The notes under the pieces: model-generated | Told to the model about the DNA's origin: nothing | The model's input: only the letters and a program-made list of their open reading frames with translations | Database searches by the model: none | Shown here: in pieces, positions 29,488 through 38,389 of the stretch | Position numbering within the stretch: position 1 is the first letter of the stretch | Layout: every line of letters begins with the position of its first letter | Source: Candidatus Berkelbacteria bacterium | GTDB lineage: Bacteria; Patescibacteriota; UBA1384; JACPKC01 | Assembly: GCA_020429585.1 (NCBI GenBank) | Contig: JAGQLE010000020.1 | Span: 1-57,078 of the forward strand | DNA: 57,078 nucleotides | Direction of reading: 5' to 3' | Translations under genes and position numbers: made by a program

Positions 29488-31958
29488 TAACCGTTCCCTT
29501 CTCGACTTGGTGGCAACTCCTGAATAGGACTTGGGTCAGTAGCAGGTCCTCGCGCTAACATTTCCTGTTCTACCAACTGCTTGTCTTGACCGTATTTAAG
29601 GCGTGACAGCTGCTTGATCGCCTCTGCCAAATCCTTGTTCGGCTCCTGCTCAACTTTAATCGTTCGCATAGAAAAAGGATTGCTAGGCGTGCCGTCAATC
29701 AAAAGCTTTATATAGGTGTTGGCAAAATTTAAGTTAACCAAGTCATTCTGGGTTAAATTTGGAAATTCTTTAGACATAAACTCAGCATCAGCCGCACCGA
29801 TCCTAAAACTAATCAGGGTCCCAGCGTTACCGATAACCGCATCGCGAATATCTTCTGGCAGCTGGGCAATATATTGATTGGTGATGTTAAGATTTAATCT
29901 ATATTTTCGAGCTTCGGATAAGATTGTCTTAAATGTGTCGGTCGTAAAGTTTTGAAACTCATCGACATATAAATAGAAATCCTTGCGCTCTTCTTCGGGG
30001 GTATCAGCCCGCTGAAAAGCTGCAACTTGAATTTTACTGACTAAAATCATGCCCAAAAGGTAAGAATTGGTCTCACCGATTCGACCTTTTGACAGGTTGA
30101 TCAAAAATATCTTACCCGAATCCATTATTTCTCTAATATCGAAGCCGGATTTAGTTTGACCGATCACGTTTCTAATCAAGTCGTTAGTCATAAAGCGACC
30201 AAACTTAGAGATAAAATAGTTATACATCTCCGATTTATGAAAATCTGCTGTCTTAGCCATTTGCTGATTCCAAAAGGCCAACACTACCGGATCGGTAACG
30301 TGACTAACAGTTTCATCACGGAAAGCATCATCGGTAAAAAGGCGTGGGATATCTAACAAAGTCCCTCCCTCCGGTCGCGACATAACTGACAAGGAAGCAT
30401 TGCGGCCCCAGTGTTCAAATTGAGGTCCCACCATACCAGTTCGATTAGGATCAAAAAGTTTGTAAAAAATTTCTAGCCATTCAGCAACCAAGAAATCCCG
30501 GTCTTCAGGCCGCTTCCACTCGAGCATATTTAGTCCGATCGGTCGCTCCGCATCACTAGGATTAAAATAAACTACGTCTTCAGCTCGCTCTTTAGGAATC
30601 AAGGTTAAAATTTCCTCGATCGCATCACCGTTAGGATCGATATAGCACACTCCCCGACCGGCCTTAATGTCCTGTTCGATCTGATGAATAAATAGTGTAG
30701 TTTTACCGACGCCGGTTTTACCAATGGCATATAGATGACGACGACGGTCATCCTGTTTAATATTTACCGCTTGCTCCTCACCCCTGAAGACGCTTTTGCC
30801 GAGCTTGACCGCACCCGAATCATCGACTGGTAAATTTGCCGGTGGCGGTAAAGTTCGGGCAGCGAGCCATTCAATATTTGGAGTCTCAACAAAATGGTTA
30901 GGAATATGATAAATCGAGGCCAGCTCTTCGGTATTCAAGATTGATTTATTGCCTCGAAACCTTCGGAGAATAAAATCGGAAGTAAATTGCTTGATATCTC
31001 CTGAACCAACTCTAGTAAAGAGGTTTGATTCTGGAGAGGTATACTGGGCAAAGGCTGAAACAATGTTATCGACCGCAATTCGACTTTCCTGAATAGAATT
31101 AGGACTGACGACAATTAATCTAACCTGGGTTTCGAAACCTACCTTACTCCCCTTTTGCTGAATATCTTTCATTGTCTCTTCCTGGATTGGAGTTAAGCGG
31201 ACGGGTTTTTCTTCGTCCTGATTAGAAGTCGACCCAGGACGGACAAGCTTGATTAGCTCTTGAGCGACCAAGCCAATAAAACTCTTTTTTACATCCTTGC
31301 CCTCGGCAATATTTTTAGCCGCCGCCGAGACCTTTTGGCGCCAATCGCCCGAAGTTGGCCTAATCACAATCTGATAGCCAGCCGTCATCCCCTGCCCTAA
31401 CTTGCCAAAGGAGTTGGTAATCGCATTTAACGGATCACTTTCTAATTTTTGGTAAGTCTTAATTGGAAATTCGAATGTTTTCTTGGTTTTTAAGTAGACC
31501 CCGTAAGGAAAGGATTTTTCTCCAAAAATCCTAAATTCCTGAGATGGTTCGATTTGGGCGTACGGGTAATAGCTGTGCAATTGTCGCTCAACCAGGGTTT
31601 GTAACTTTTTCGGACAAGTAATATAAAAACTAATTAAACCCTTTTTAACTGCAAACTCTAGGGAGATTTGGTCTTGACCAAATAGGCTTCGATTTATGCT
31701 CGACTCATATAGCGAGGAAAAGCTAGCCAGGAATTGTTCGGCAATCGACATTTGCTCGCGCCAATCCTTGGGCTTATCACCCTCTTCAACTTCCTCTTCT
31801 TTTGGCACTAACACTTTAAGCACCACTAAATCTTGAGCTGTAGCTATTGCCCTTGTATCCAACTGACGTCGATACCAAAGCAAGCCGAATATTCCCCCGA
31901 CAACTAAAACTACAAAAACAATAATTAAAATTGGCAAAGAAGCTCCATTTTTAACCAA
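29487..31958 (-). CDS. membrane-anchored FtsK/HerA-superfamily P-loop ATPase (VirD4/TraD/DUF87-like), paralogue 1
   Basis: N-terminal TM helix. Walker A IGKTGVGKTT (30699..30722), Walker B DFYLYVDEFQNF, and ILSEARKYRLNL. Its stop overlaps the start of paralogue 2 (TAATG). Confidence 0.7.
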   Translation of the reverse strand: MVKNGASLPILIIVFVVLVVGGIFGLLWYRRQLDTRAIATAQDLVVLKVLVPKEEEVEEGDKPKDWREQMSIAEQFLASFSSLYESSINRSLFGQDQISLEFAVKKGLISFYITCPKKLQTLVERQLHSYYPYAQIEPSQEFRIFGEKSFPYGVYLKTKKTFEFPIKTYQKLESDPLNAITNSFGKLGQGMTAGYQIVIRPTSGDWRQKVSAAAKNIAEGKDVKKSFIGLVAQELIKLVRPGSTSNQDEEKPVRLTPIQEETMKDIQQKGSKVGFETQVRLIVVSPNSIQESRIAVDNIVSAFAQYTSPESNLFTRVGSGDIKQFTSDFILRRFRGNKSILNTEELASIYHIPNHFVETPNIEWLAARTLPPPANLPVDDSGAVKLGKSVFRGEEQAVNIKQDDRRRHLYAIGKTGVGKTTLFIHQIEQDIKAGRGVCYIDPNGDAIEEILTLIPKERAEDVVYFNPSDAERPIGLNMLEWKRPEDRDFLVAEWLEIFYKLFDPNRTGMVGPQFEHWGRNASLSVMSRPEGGTLLDIPRLFTDDAFRDETVSHVTDPVVLAFWNQQMAKTADFHKSEMYNYFISKFGRFMTNDLIRNVIGQTKSGFDIREIMDSGKIFLINLSKGRIGETNSYLLGMILVSKIQVAAFQRADTPEEERKDFYLYVDEFQNFTTDTFKTILSEARKYRLNLNITNQYIAQLPEDIRDAVIGNAGTLISFRIGAADAEFMSKEFPNLTQNDLVNLNFANTYIKLLIDGTPSNPFSMRTIKVEQEPNKDLAEAIKQLSRLKYGQDKQLVEQEMLARGPATDPSPIQELPPSREGNG

Positions 31959-31991
31959 TGAATTAATTGTATCAGAGAAGAGAGCGAAGAT

Positions 31992-32309
31992 TTACCCAAC
32001 AATATTTTCTAGCCCAGCAGCGTTGAGCGAACCGTCATCATTAGTAATCAATTTCGGAATTTCTACCTCACTTACCTGAGGAGCAGATTTAACCGGAATT
32101 TTTTGACTTGTTGTATTTGCTACTTGGTTAAGATCAGGAATTTCTGCCATTGTCTGCTCTTGAACAGACAATGACTTAAGCTCAGGTGGATTTACCTGTA
32201 CTTGCTGCTCGACTTTTTCACGTTCAATTGTTTCAGGTGATCTTAAATCAAGATGCTCCGCTTGAGATTGAAAATTCTGACTAGAACCTGGGGTCTTTAA
32301 ATCACTCAT
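31992..32309 (-). CDS. hypothetical acidic, probably disordered protein (105 aa)
   Basis: The ORF overlaps the tgt stop by 8 nt and lies 33 nt upstream of ATPase paralogue 1. It has no hydrophobic segment and is rich in Q/E/S/P. Confidence 0.45.
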   Translation of the reverse strand: MSDLKTPGSSQNFQSQAEHLDLRSPETIEREKVEQQVQVNPPELKSLSVQEQTMAEIPDLNQVANTTSQKIPVKSAPQVSEVEIPKLITNDDGSLNAAGLENIVG

Positions 32310-33408
32310 TTTCGTCCCTTTTAACTATTTCTGATCTAATTTTACGCGTTAACTCTTCAAGAGTCCAAACATTATGGATTGTCAATATCGCTCCAGCCGC
32401 CGGATCTCCAATTTTTACTAAATGATGCAAATAAGAACGTGCAACACCAGTTAGACACGTTGGGCAGCTGCAGTTTGGATCTAGCGGTTTAAAGTCGTTC
32501 TTGTACTGAGAGTTTGCTAAGGAAATTCTTGGGTACTGACCATCGGCCTCAAGCCAAACTGAACCATGACGGGCAATTCGCGAGGCCATGACGCAATCGA
32601 ATGTATCCACTCCCGCCTCCACTCCGGCAATAATATCCTGCGGCTCCCCTACTCCTAATAAATGACGTGGTTTATTTTTTGGTAATAACTTAGTCGTAAA
32701 AGATACCACTTCCCACATCTTGGGCTTTTCTTTGTTAAGATCCTTAACGGTCTGGCCAAAAGTATACATATTGCCGCCAATTGCAAATCCCTCAAAAGGG
32801 AGTTGAGTCAAAAATTCAGCTGATTTTTGTCGCTGCGCTAGGTAGATACTACCCTGAACCATGCCATAGAGCTTCATTTCCTTCTTTGTCCAAGAACTAA
32901 TCGACCGCTCAGCCCAACGGTTAGTTTGATCGACTGCTGCTTCAACTTTTTCCTCAGGCACAGGAAAGCCTGTGCAAACATCAAGGCAGGTTGCCAAATC
33001 TACGCCAAGTCTTTCTTGGATATCAACGACCAACTCTGGCGTAAACTCATGTAGGCTGCCATCGTGATGAGAGCGAAACTTTATACCTTGCTCGGAAAAT
33101 TTGACAAATTTCGGCAAAGCAAACGCCTGAAAACCTCCGGAATCAGTTAGAATCGCCCGCTTCCAACCCATAAACTTGTGCAAACCACCAGCCTGCTCAA
33201 TCAAGTCAATTCCCGGTTTTAAATATAAATGGTAGGCATTGGCTAAAATCAGATCTAATTCGAGTGATTCCAATTGATTTGGCGCTAAACCTCTCAAAGC
33301 TCCATGGGTAGCACACGGCAAATAAGCTGGCGTTTTAACAACGCCATGAGCCGTAGCTAGCTCCCCGACTCTCGCCTGCCCTCGTTGGGCAATAATCTTA
33401 AAACTCAT
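32302..33408 (-). CDS. tgt: tRNA-guanine transglycosylase (queuine tRNA-ribosyltransferase)
   Basis: ILTDSGGFQ, GFAIGG, LLGVGEP and the zinc motif CSCPTC...YLHHL. Confidence 0.9.
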   Translation of the reverse strand: MSFKIIAQRGQARVGELATAHGVVKTPAYLPCATHGALRGLAPNQLESLELDLILANAYHLYLKPGIDLIEQAGGLHKFMGWKRAILTDSGGFQAFALPKFVKFSEQGIKFRSHHDGSLHEFTPELVVDIQERLGVDLATCLDVCTGFPVPEEKVEAAVDQTNRWAERSISSWTKKEMKLYGMVQGSIYLAQRQKSAEFLTQLPFEGFAIGGNMYTFGQTVKDLNKEKPKMWEVVSFTTKLLPKNKPRHLLGVGEPQDIIAGVEAGVDTFDCVMASRIARHGSVWLEADGQYPRISLANSQYKNDFKPLDPNCSCPTCLTGVARSYLHHLVKIGDPAAGAILTIHNVWTLEELTRKIRSEIVKRDENE

Positions 33409-33422
33409 AGCGACTAATCATT

Positions 33423-33453
33423 AAAATACCCGCCTAGCCTAGACGGGTATTTT
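33423..33453 (-). terminator. Rho-independent terminator after rplL (bidirectional in form)
   Basis: AAAATACCCG cctagcctaga CGGGTATTTT. Confidence 0.75.
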
Positions 33454-33471
33454 AAATAAGTTCAAAACGTC

Positions 33472-33927
33472 TTACTTAAGCTCAACAGTAGCACCAGCTT
33501 CTTCGAGTTTTTTCTTAGCTTCTTCGGCTTCGTCTTTTGGCATACCTTTTTTAACTTCCTTAGGTGCGCCATCAACTAACTCTTTGGCTTCTTTTAGGCC
33601 AAGGTCGGTGCGGATCTCACGAATCGCTTTAATAACAGCGATCTTCTTGCCACCGGCATCAGCTAAGTGGAGGTCATAACTTGACTTTTCCTCTTCTGCG
33701 CCACCGGCTTCACCGCCTGCAGCTCCACCAGCGGCCGCAACGGCAACAGGAGCAGCCGCAGAAACACCAAAGCGCTCTTCTAACTCTTTAACTAAATCAG
33801 CTAACTCCATAACCGAAAGTTCTTCGATCTGCTTGATAAGATCAGCAAATTTTCCGGAAGGAGCTGCCTTTTCCTCAGCTTCCGCTTCAGGAGTCTCTTT
33901 TGTCTCCTCTTTTGTTTCTTCTGCCAT
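33472..33927 (-). CDS. rplL: 50S ribosomal protein L7/L12
   Basis: [20 protein letters not shown] and a C-terminal [24 protein letters not shown]...ATVELK. The ATG at 33927 is preceded by AAAGGAGAAAAA. The longer track start would overlap rplJ. Confidence 0.9.
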   Translation of the reverse strand: MAEETKEETKETPEAEAEEKAAPSGKFADLIKQIEELSVMELADLVKELEERFGVSAAAPVAVAAAGGAAGGEAGGAEEEKSSYDLHLADAGGKKIAVIKAIREIRTDLGLKEAKELVDGAPKEVKKGMPKDEAEEAKKKLEEAGATVELK

Positions 33928-33955
33928 TTTTTCTCCTTTAATTATTAGATTGTTA

Positions 33956-34477
33956 TTACTCGCTCTTCTCGAGAGCATACTGTTTTAAAACGTTTACCAA
34001 GCCCCGTAGATTACCCGACAAAACATTAACCATGCCCGAGAGCGGTGCAGACACCGAGCCCACAACTTTGGCAAGTAATTCGTCTCGGCTAGGTAGGCTA
34101 GCCAGAGCCTTAACTTGGGACTCGTCAACGAATTCGCCGTTAATAACTGCACCCTTAATATTGATTGCTTCATTAGTTTTGGCAAAGTCGACAACTGCCC
34201 GATTAGGCTCGACTTCGTCATCAAGGTTAGAAGCAACTGCTAACTGAACAGTTAAAATCTCCGCAGGAATTTCAATGTTTTTTTCGGCTAGAGCCTTAGC
34301 TAAAAGCGAAGTTTTGACGACGCGATAAGACGAACCGGACTCGCGTAATTTACCCCGCAAATCGCCCATGTCCTTAACAGTTAGACCAGTGTATTCGGTT
34401 AACACGACGGCTTTGCCGTTAACCATGGACTTTAGATCAGCAAACTCTTGCTCTTTTTGCGTTCTTGTTTTTGGCAT
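33956..34477 (-). CDS. rplJ: 50S ribosomal protein L10
   Basis: 173 aa, ...[23 protein letters not shown]... Confidence 0.9.
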   Translation of the reverse strand: MPKTRTQKEQEFADLKSMVNGKAVVLTEYTGLTVKDMGDLRGKLRESGSSYRVVKTSLLAKALAEKNIEIPAEILTVQLAVASNLDDEVEPNRAVVDFAKTNEAINIKGAVINGEFVDESQVKALASLPSRDELLAKVVGSVSAPLSGMVNVLSGNLRGLVNVLKQYALEKSE

Positions 34478-34604
34478 AATTTTCCCTCAACTGAATTTAA
34501 AAAATCCCGTCGACCGACGAGACCACAGTTAAAATAACTCTTTCCCTCAACAGGGTATGATTTAAGCCGCTAAGCGACCCCTGTGGTCTCTGGGATTAAT
34601 TGAT
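34478..34604 (-). promoter_or_regulatory. putative rplJ (L10) autoregulatory leader RNA
   Basis: 10-bp long-range stem GAGACCACAG/CTGTGGTCTC (34581..34590 with 34519..34528). The 11-mer GTTGAGGGAAA is duplicated, once at the real RBS and once inside the stem, where CCCU-GUUG-AGGG can sequester it. A weak hairpin plus U6 lies just before the RBS. Confidence 0.45.
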
Positions 34605-34610
34605 AACGAT

Positions 34611-34639
34611 ATTTTACGACTATTTTGCCCGAAGGTCAA
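34611..34639 (-). promoter_or_regulatory. sigma70-type promoter for rplJ-rplL
   Basis: TTGACC - 17 nt - TAAAAT on the minus strand. The -35 element overlaps the tmk stop codon. Confidence 0.6.
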
Positions 34640-35289
34640 TATCTGGCTTCGGTGTAAGATCTGGATCGCTCGCCCATTGATTTAGTATTTAGATACGAAC
34701 GTGCAATTTCTGCAATTTCGTCAATGATCGCCACGTCGTCACGTTCACCGTTAATTTTATAAATATGGTCTTGAGTTGATGCCAAACGCTGATACTCTTG
34801 CCAGACGCGTTCCAACTTATCCTGCTCAGAATAAAGCTCGATCTCCATCCGGCGCTCTTTTACCCGCCTGGCGCATAACTTAGGACTAACCTCGATTAAA
34901 AAGGTTAGGTCCGGCCAAATGAACCTTGAGTTTAACGCCGCTAGCCACTTAGGATCATTAACCAAAACAACGTTATAAGCTAAAGCCGACAGAATGTAGC
35001 GGTCACTAATTACAATTCTACCGGCATCAAGTGCCGGTAGAATTTTTGTTCTCAAATTTTCAGAGCGATCCGCCGTAAACAGTAGCTGCAAGGTCTCGGG
35101 AGCAATTTCCCATTCCCCGGCTACCCTAGCCTTTACCAAGCCGCCAATCATACCGTTAGTCGGCTCATGGGTAAAAGTAACACGGTAGCCTTGGCGACTA
35201 AGAAGCCGACTCAGTGCTTCAGCATAATGATTGGAACCTGAGCCGTCTAAACCCTCAAAGGTAATAAATAAACCGGAATGGCTTCTCAA
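34636..35289 (-). CDS. tmk: thymidylate kinase
   Basis: FITFEGLDGSGSN P-loop and DRY. Confidence 0.9.
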   Translation of the reverse strand: MRSHSGLFITFEGLDGSGSNHYAEALSRLLSRQGYRVTFTHEPTNGMIGGLVKARVAGEWEIAPETLQLLFTADRSENLRTKILPALDAGRIVISDRYILSALAYNVVLVNDPKWLAALNSRFIWPDLTFLIEVSPKLCARRVKERRMEIELYSEQDKLERVWQEYQRLASTQDHIYKINGERDDVAIIDEIAEIARSYLNTKSMGERSRSYTEARY

Positions 35290-35291
35290 AA

Positions 35292-36179
35292 TTAAAAAGT
35301 ATTTAAATCTACTCTAATACCTGGTCCCATCGTAGCAGACAGGTTAACCGACAGCAACTGATTCTTTGGTAACGCACCCACGACTGCCTGAGCGTTCTCC
35401 ATAACCTTTGCGTCATCCCAAGAAACCTTGCCGATTGCCAGATGGACAATGGCTTGATTGTCTGCCCGATATTCAACCCGACCAGCTTCAACTGCTTTAA
35501 CAATCTCCTCTGGCTTATCACTAACGGTTCCAGCCTTCGGACTAGGCATTTTACCGATCGGACCCAAAATCTTGGCAATTTTAGCCACTTTTGGCATGAG
35601 CGCCGGTGTTGCAATTAAAGTATCTGCTTCAACTCTCTTGGTCCGGCTAATCTCCTCGATTAGGTCTTCGGTCAATACTTGAACATTGACTTTCTTAGCA
35701 CTGCCATGAGGCAACTGAACTAATCCCCGAATAGAATCTGTTTTCTCCCCCTTCTTCGGACTCAAGCGGACATGGATCTCAAGCGAAGCATCAAATTTTA
35801 CATAAGAGCTTTCTTTGGCCAGTTTAATTGCCTCATCTAGGCCATAGATCTTACCGGCATTAACTTTGGCAGCCGCAGCCGTATAACCCTGACTCCTGGT
35901 CCTTGGCTTTTTACCCTTAACCGTCTTAACTGGCTTTTCTTTTACTCCGGACGCCTCTTGTGCACTAGTATTATCAGTATGAACTGCAGCTAATTCTGCT
36001 GGTACTTCACCTTCTGTATCCGTAATTTTTTGTTCGGCAGCCGCGTCGAGTTGCTCCTCATCTTCTAACTGACCAGCTTGTGGATCTTCTGCCCGAGCCT
36101 CGTTATCAGCCTCTGCCTGAGTCTCGGCCTCAACTTCGGCATCCTTAAGTGGTTGCTGGTCTTTTTCTTTCTTATCCAT
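35292..36179 (-). CDS. rplA: 50S ribosomal protein L1 with an acidic N-terminal extension of about 90 aa
   Basis: The conserved L1 core starts near KIYGLDEAIKLAKE. The only start codon in the frame is the ATG at 36179, preceded by AAAGGAAATA. Confidence 0.9.
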   Translation of the reverse strand: MDKKEKDQQPLKDAEVEAETQAEADNEARAEDPQAGQLEDEEQLDAAAEQKITDTEGEVPAELAAVHTDNTSAQEASGVKEKPVKTVKGKKPRTRSQGYTAAAAKVNAGKIYGLDEAIKLAKESSYVKFDASLEIHVRLSPKKGEKTDSIRGLVQLPHGSAKKVNVQVLTEDLIEEISRTKRVEADTLIATPALMPKVAKIAKILGPIGKMPSPKAGTVSDKPEEIVKAVEAGRVEYRADNQAIVHLAIGKVSWDDAKVMENAQAVVGALPKNQLLSVNLSATMGPGIRVDLNTF

Positions 36180-36204
36180 TATTTCCTTTCTGTGGTTCTA
36201 ACGA

Positions 36205-36786
36205 TTACTCTCCCACATTGATTGTTGTCTCCTCCGGATCAGAAGAGATAAATGATTTTATAATCAATTGACTAGCTTCGTCAATAATCAAAGACAACTT
36301 TTGTTGCTCATCGGGTTTAAATTTCCCCAAAACAAAGCCAGTGAGATCATGACGATGATCGATTTCATCTCCCACGCCCAATCTAACACGCCAAAAATCA
36401 GCTGAACCAGTATGATGAATAACCGAAGCTACGCCGTTATGACCACCGGCCGATCCACCTTTGCGCAACCTAACCGACCCCAAATTCAAGTTGACCTCAT
36501 CGTAAACCAAAACCAGCTCTGATTGGTCAAGCTTATAAAAGTTCTTAATCCGCTCCACTGCCCGGCCAGAATTATTCATGTAAGTCAAAGGCTTAGCCAG
36601 TATCAAGTCGGTATCACGATATTTTACCCGTGCTAGCTCCGACTCAAATTTATCCTCGAGCTGCCAGTCTTCTTCCAAATTCTCCCCCAAGTCTTTTAAA
36701 AGCCTGTCAATTACCAGCCAACCAAAATTGTGACGGGTTCCTAAAAATTTTTCGCCCGGATTACCGAGACCAACGATTAGTTTCAC
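36205..36786 (-). CDS. pth: peptidyl-tRNA hydrolase
   Basis: MKLIVGLGNPG...TRHNFGW and GGHNG. Confidence 0.9.
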   Translation of the reverse strand: MKLIVGLGNPGEKFLGTRHNFGWLVIDRLLKDLGENLEEDWQLEDKFESELARVKYRDTDLILAKPLTYMNNSGRAVERIKNFYKLDQSELVLVYDEVNLNLGSVRLRKGGSAGGHNGVASVIHHTGSADFWRVRLGVGDEIDHRHDLTGFVLGKFKPDEQQKLSLIIDEASQLIIKSFISSDPEETTINVGE

Positions 36787-37085
36787 TACATTCCTGGGAT
36801 ATTAACGCCCAAGTCCTTCATAACTTCTTTGGTTTTTTCGGCTGCAACCGATTGCGCTTTCTGTAAACCCTGGGTAATCGTATCCTTGAGATCCCGTTCA
36901 AGTGCATCCTTATTATCCGGACTCAACAGCGACTCATCAACGGTAATACTCTGCAACTTTAACTCGCCATTAAAAACCGCCACGATCTTACCATCGGCCC
37001 CGGCTGCTTCGATTTCGGTTTTTTTAAGATCACTCTGTACCTTACGAGCCTTCATAAGCATCTTTGCTTGATCCATCATTCCCAT
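36786..37085 (-). CDS. ybaB: YbaB/EbfC-family nucleoid-associated protein
   Basis: 99 aa, ...KARKVQSDLKKTEIEAAGADGKIVAVFNGELKLQSITVD... Confidence 0.8.
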   Translation of the reverse strand: MGMMDQAKMLMKARKVQSDLKKTEIEAAGADGKIVAVFNGELKLQSITVDESLLSPDNKDALERDLKDTITQGLQKAQSVAAEKTKEVMKDLGVNIPGM

Positions 37086-37320
37086 ATTTTTCCTTTCGTT
37101 AACTGATCAATAACCTATTTTACGTAAAAATATTCTTTAAAACCAGTAAGATGTGAGCATTGGAACGAGACTAGAAGAAAATCTAATAAGACGAACGGTC
37201 AAATACGAGCCGAATCTGTTCGAAGATCTTAAATACAAAACCGAACAAAATGATTTATTTTAAGATCAAGTTATGCGGCGAGAGTGAGTTGAATATTAGA
37301 TTTCACTAACTAGCAGCTCA

Positions 37321-37352
37321 CGATTTTTGCAGCCGTTTTTCTAAAAAATGGC
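37321..37352. repeat. 32-nt repeat copy A (downstream of prfB, upstream of ybaB)
   Basis: CGATTTTTGCAGCCGTTTTTCTAAAAAATGGC. It differs at one position from copy B at 38578..38609, and weaker similarity extends into both flanks. Confidence 0.85.
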
Positions 37353-37399
37353 CTATTAATAAATACAAAAATTTCTTGACAGGCTCGAAATGGTAAACC

Positions 37400-38389
37400 T
37401 TAGCTATTTACTTCCTTTAACTTCCACTCCAAATACGCCTCAATAAATGGTTGCAACTTCCCGTTTAAAACCGCTTCAGCATCCGATTCCTCATGCCCGG
37501 TTCGGTTATCCTTAACTAGTTTATAGGGCTGCAGTACATAAGAGCGGATCTGACTCCCCCACTCTACCTTGCGGTGATCACCTTTTAGTTCCGAAATCTT
37601 ATCTACTCGAGCCTGCTCAGCCAAGGTCTGGAGCTTGGCCGCCAACACTTTCATGGCTACTTCTTTGTTCTGAGCCTGGGACCGTTCGTTCTGAACAGCG
37701 ACTACTATCCCTGTCGGTAAGTGAGTAAGACGAACAGCAGTTTCGACTTTGTTAACGTTTTGACCACCAGCACCGCCTGCCCGGTACAAATCAACCTTCA
37801 AATCCTTCTCGTCGATCTCCACTTCACCAAGATCATCAAACTCAGGAACTACTTCAATCAAAGCAAACGAAGTATGACGGGCTTTATCAGCATCAAAAGG
37901 CGAAATCCGCACCAAGCGATGCACTCCCGACTCACTACTCAAGTATCCATAAGCAAAATCACCTTCAATTTTAATAGTCGCTGATTTGATTCCTGCCTCT
38001 TCGCCTTTCGATTCGTCCATTAGGCTGACTTTAAAGCCTTGATCTTCTGCCCACTTCTCAACCATCCGCAAAAGCATCTCGGCCCAATCCTGAGCTTCAG
38101 TACCGCCGGCACCCGCATGAAAAGAAACAATGGCGTTTTTACCATCGTATTCACCCGAAAGTACGGCCTTTAGCTCAAGCTTACGCAGCTCCTCGGTAGT
38201 TTCGGCGTTTTCCCAATCTTCAATAATCTTTTTATGAGTCGACAGCTGTTGGGCTTTTTTAGTTGCCTCATCACGATTACTCCAAAACTCCGGCTGAGCC
38301 ATCTCGTATTCAATCGCCTTGACCGCTTGCTCGTGCTCCTCGATTTTTAGAAGCTCGTAGAGCTTTAATTTTTGTTCGTCTAAATCCAT
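37400..38389 (-). CDS. prfB: peptide chain release factor 2
   Basis: RISPFD (SPF) and GGQ motifs. I chose the ATG at 38389 (GGGAG 4 nt upstream), which aligns with the post-frameshift DLE/DYD position of known RF2. The alternative in-frame starts at 38425 and 38464 cannot be excluded. Confidence 0.85.
   Translation of the reverse strand: MDLDEQKLKLYELLKIEEHEQAVKAIEYEMAQPEFWSNRDEATKKAQQLSTHKKIIEDWENAETTEELRKLELKAVLSGEYDGKNAIVSFHAGAGGTEAQDWAEMLLRMVEKWAEDQGFKVSLMDESKGEEAGIKSATIKIEGDFAYGYLSSESGVHRLVRISPFDADKARHTSFALIEVVPEFDDLGEVEIDEKDLKVDLYRAGGAGGQNVNKVETAVRLTHLPTGIVVAVQNERSQAQNKEVAMKVLAAKLQTLAEQARVDKISELKGDHRKVEWGSQIRSYVLQPYKLVKDNRTGHEESDAEAVLNGKLQPFIEAYLEWKLKEVNS

Noticed and set aside
32302-33408. 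The tgt homologue as a DpdA-like DNA-modifying transglycosylase linked to the ATPases (a 7-deazaguanine DNA modification system)
   Set aside because: The protein has the full canonical bacterial tRNA-guanine transglycosylase signature set (DSGGFQ, GFAIGG, GVGEP, CxCxxC...H zinc site) and normal length. No DpdB/DpdC-like or preQ0 synthesis genes are nearby. I cannot exclude this without phylogeny, but I see nothing to support it.
37374-37379. Plus-strand TTGACA hexamer next to the prfB stop as a promoter
   Set aside because: There is no acceptable -10 element at the right spacing. No plus-strand gene lies downstream for many kilobases.
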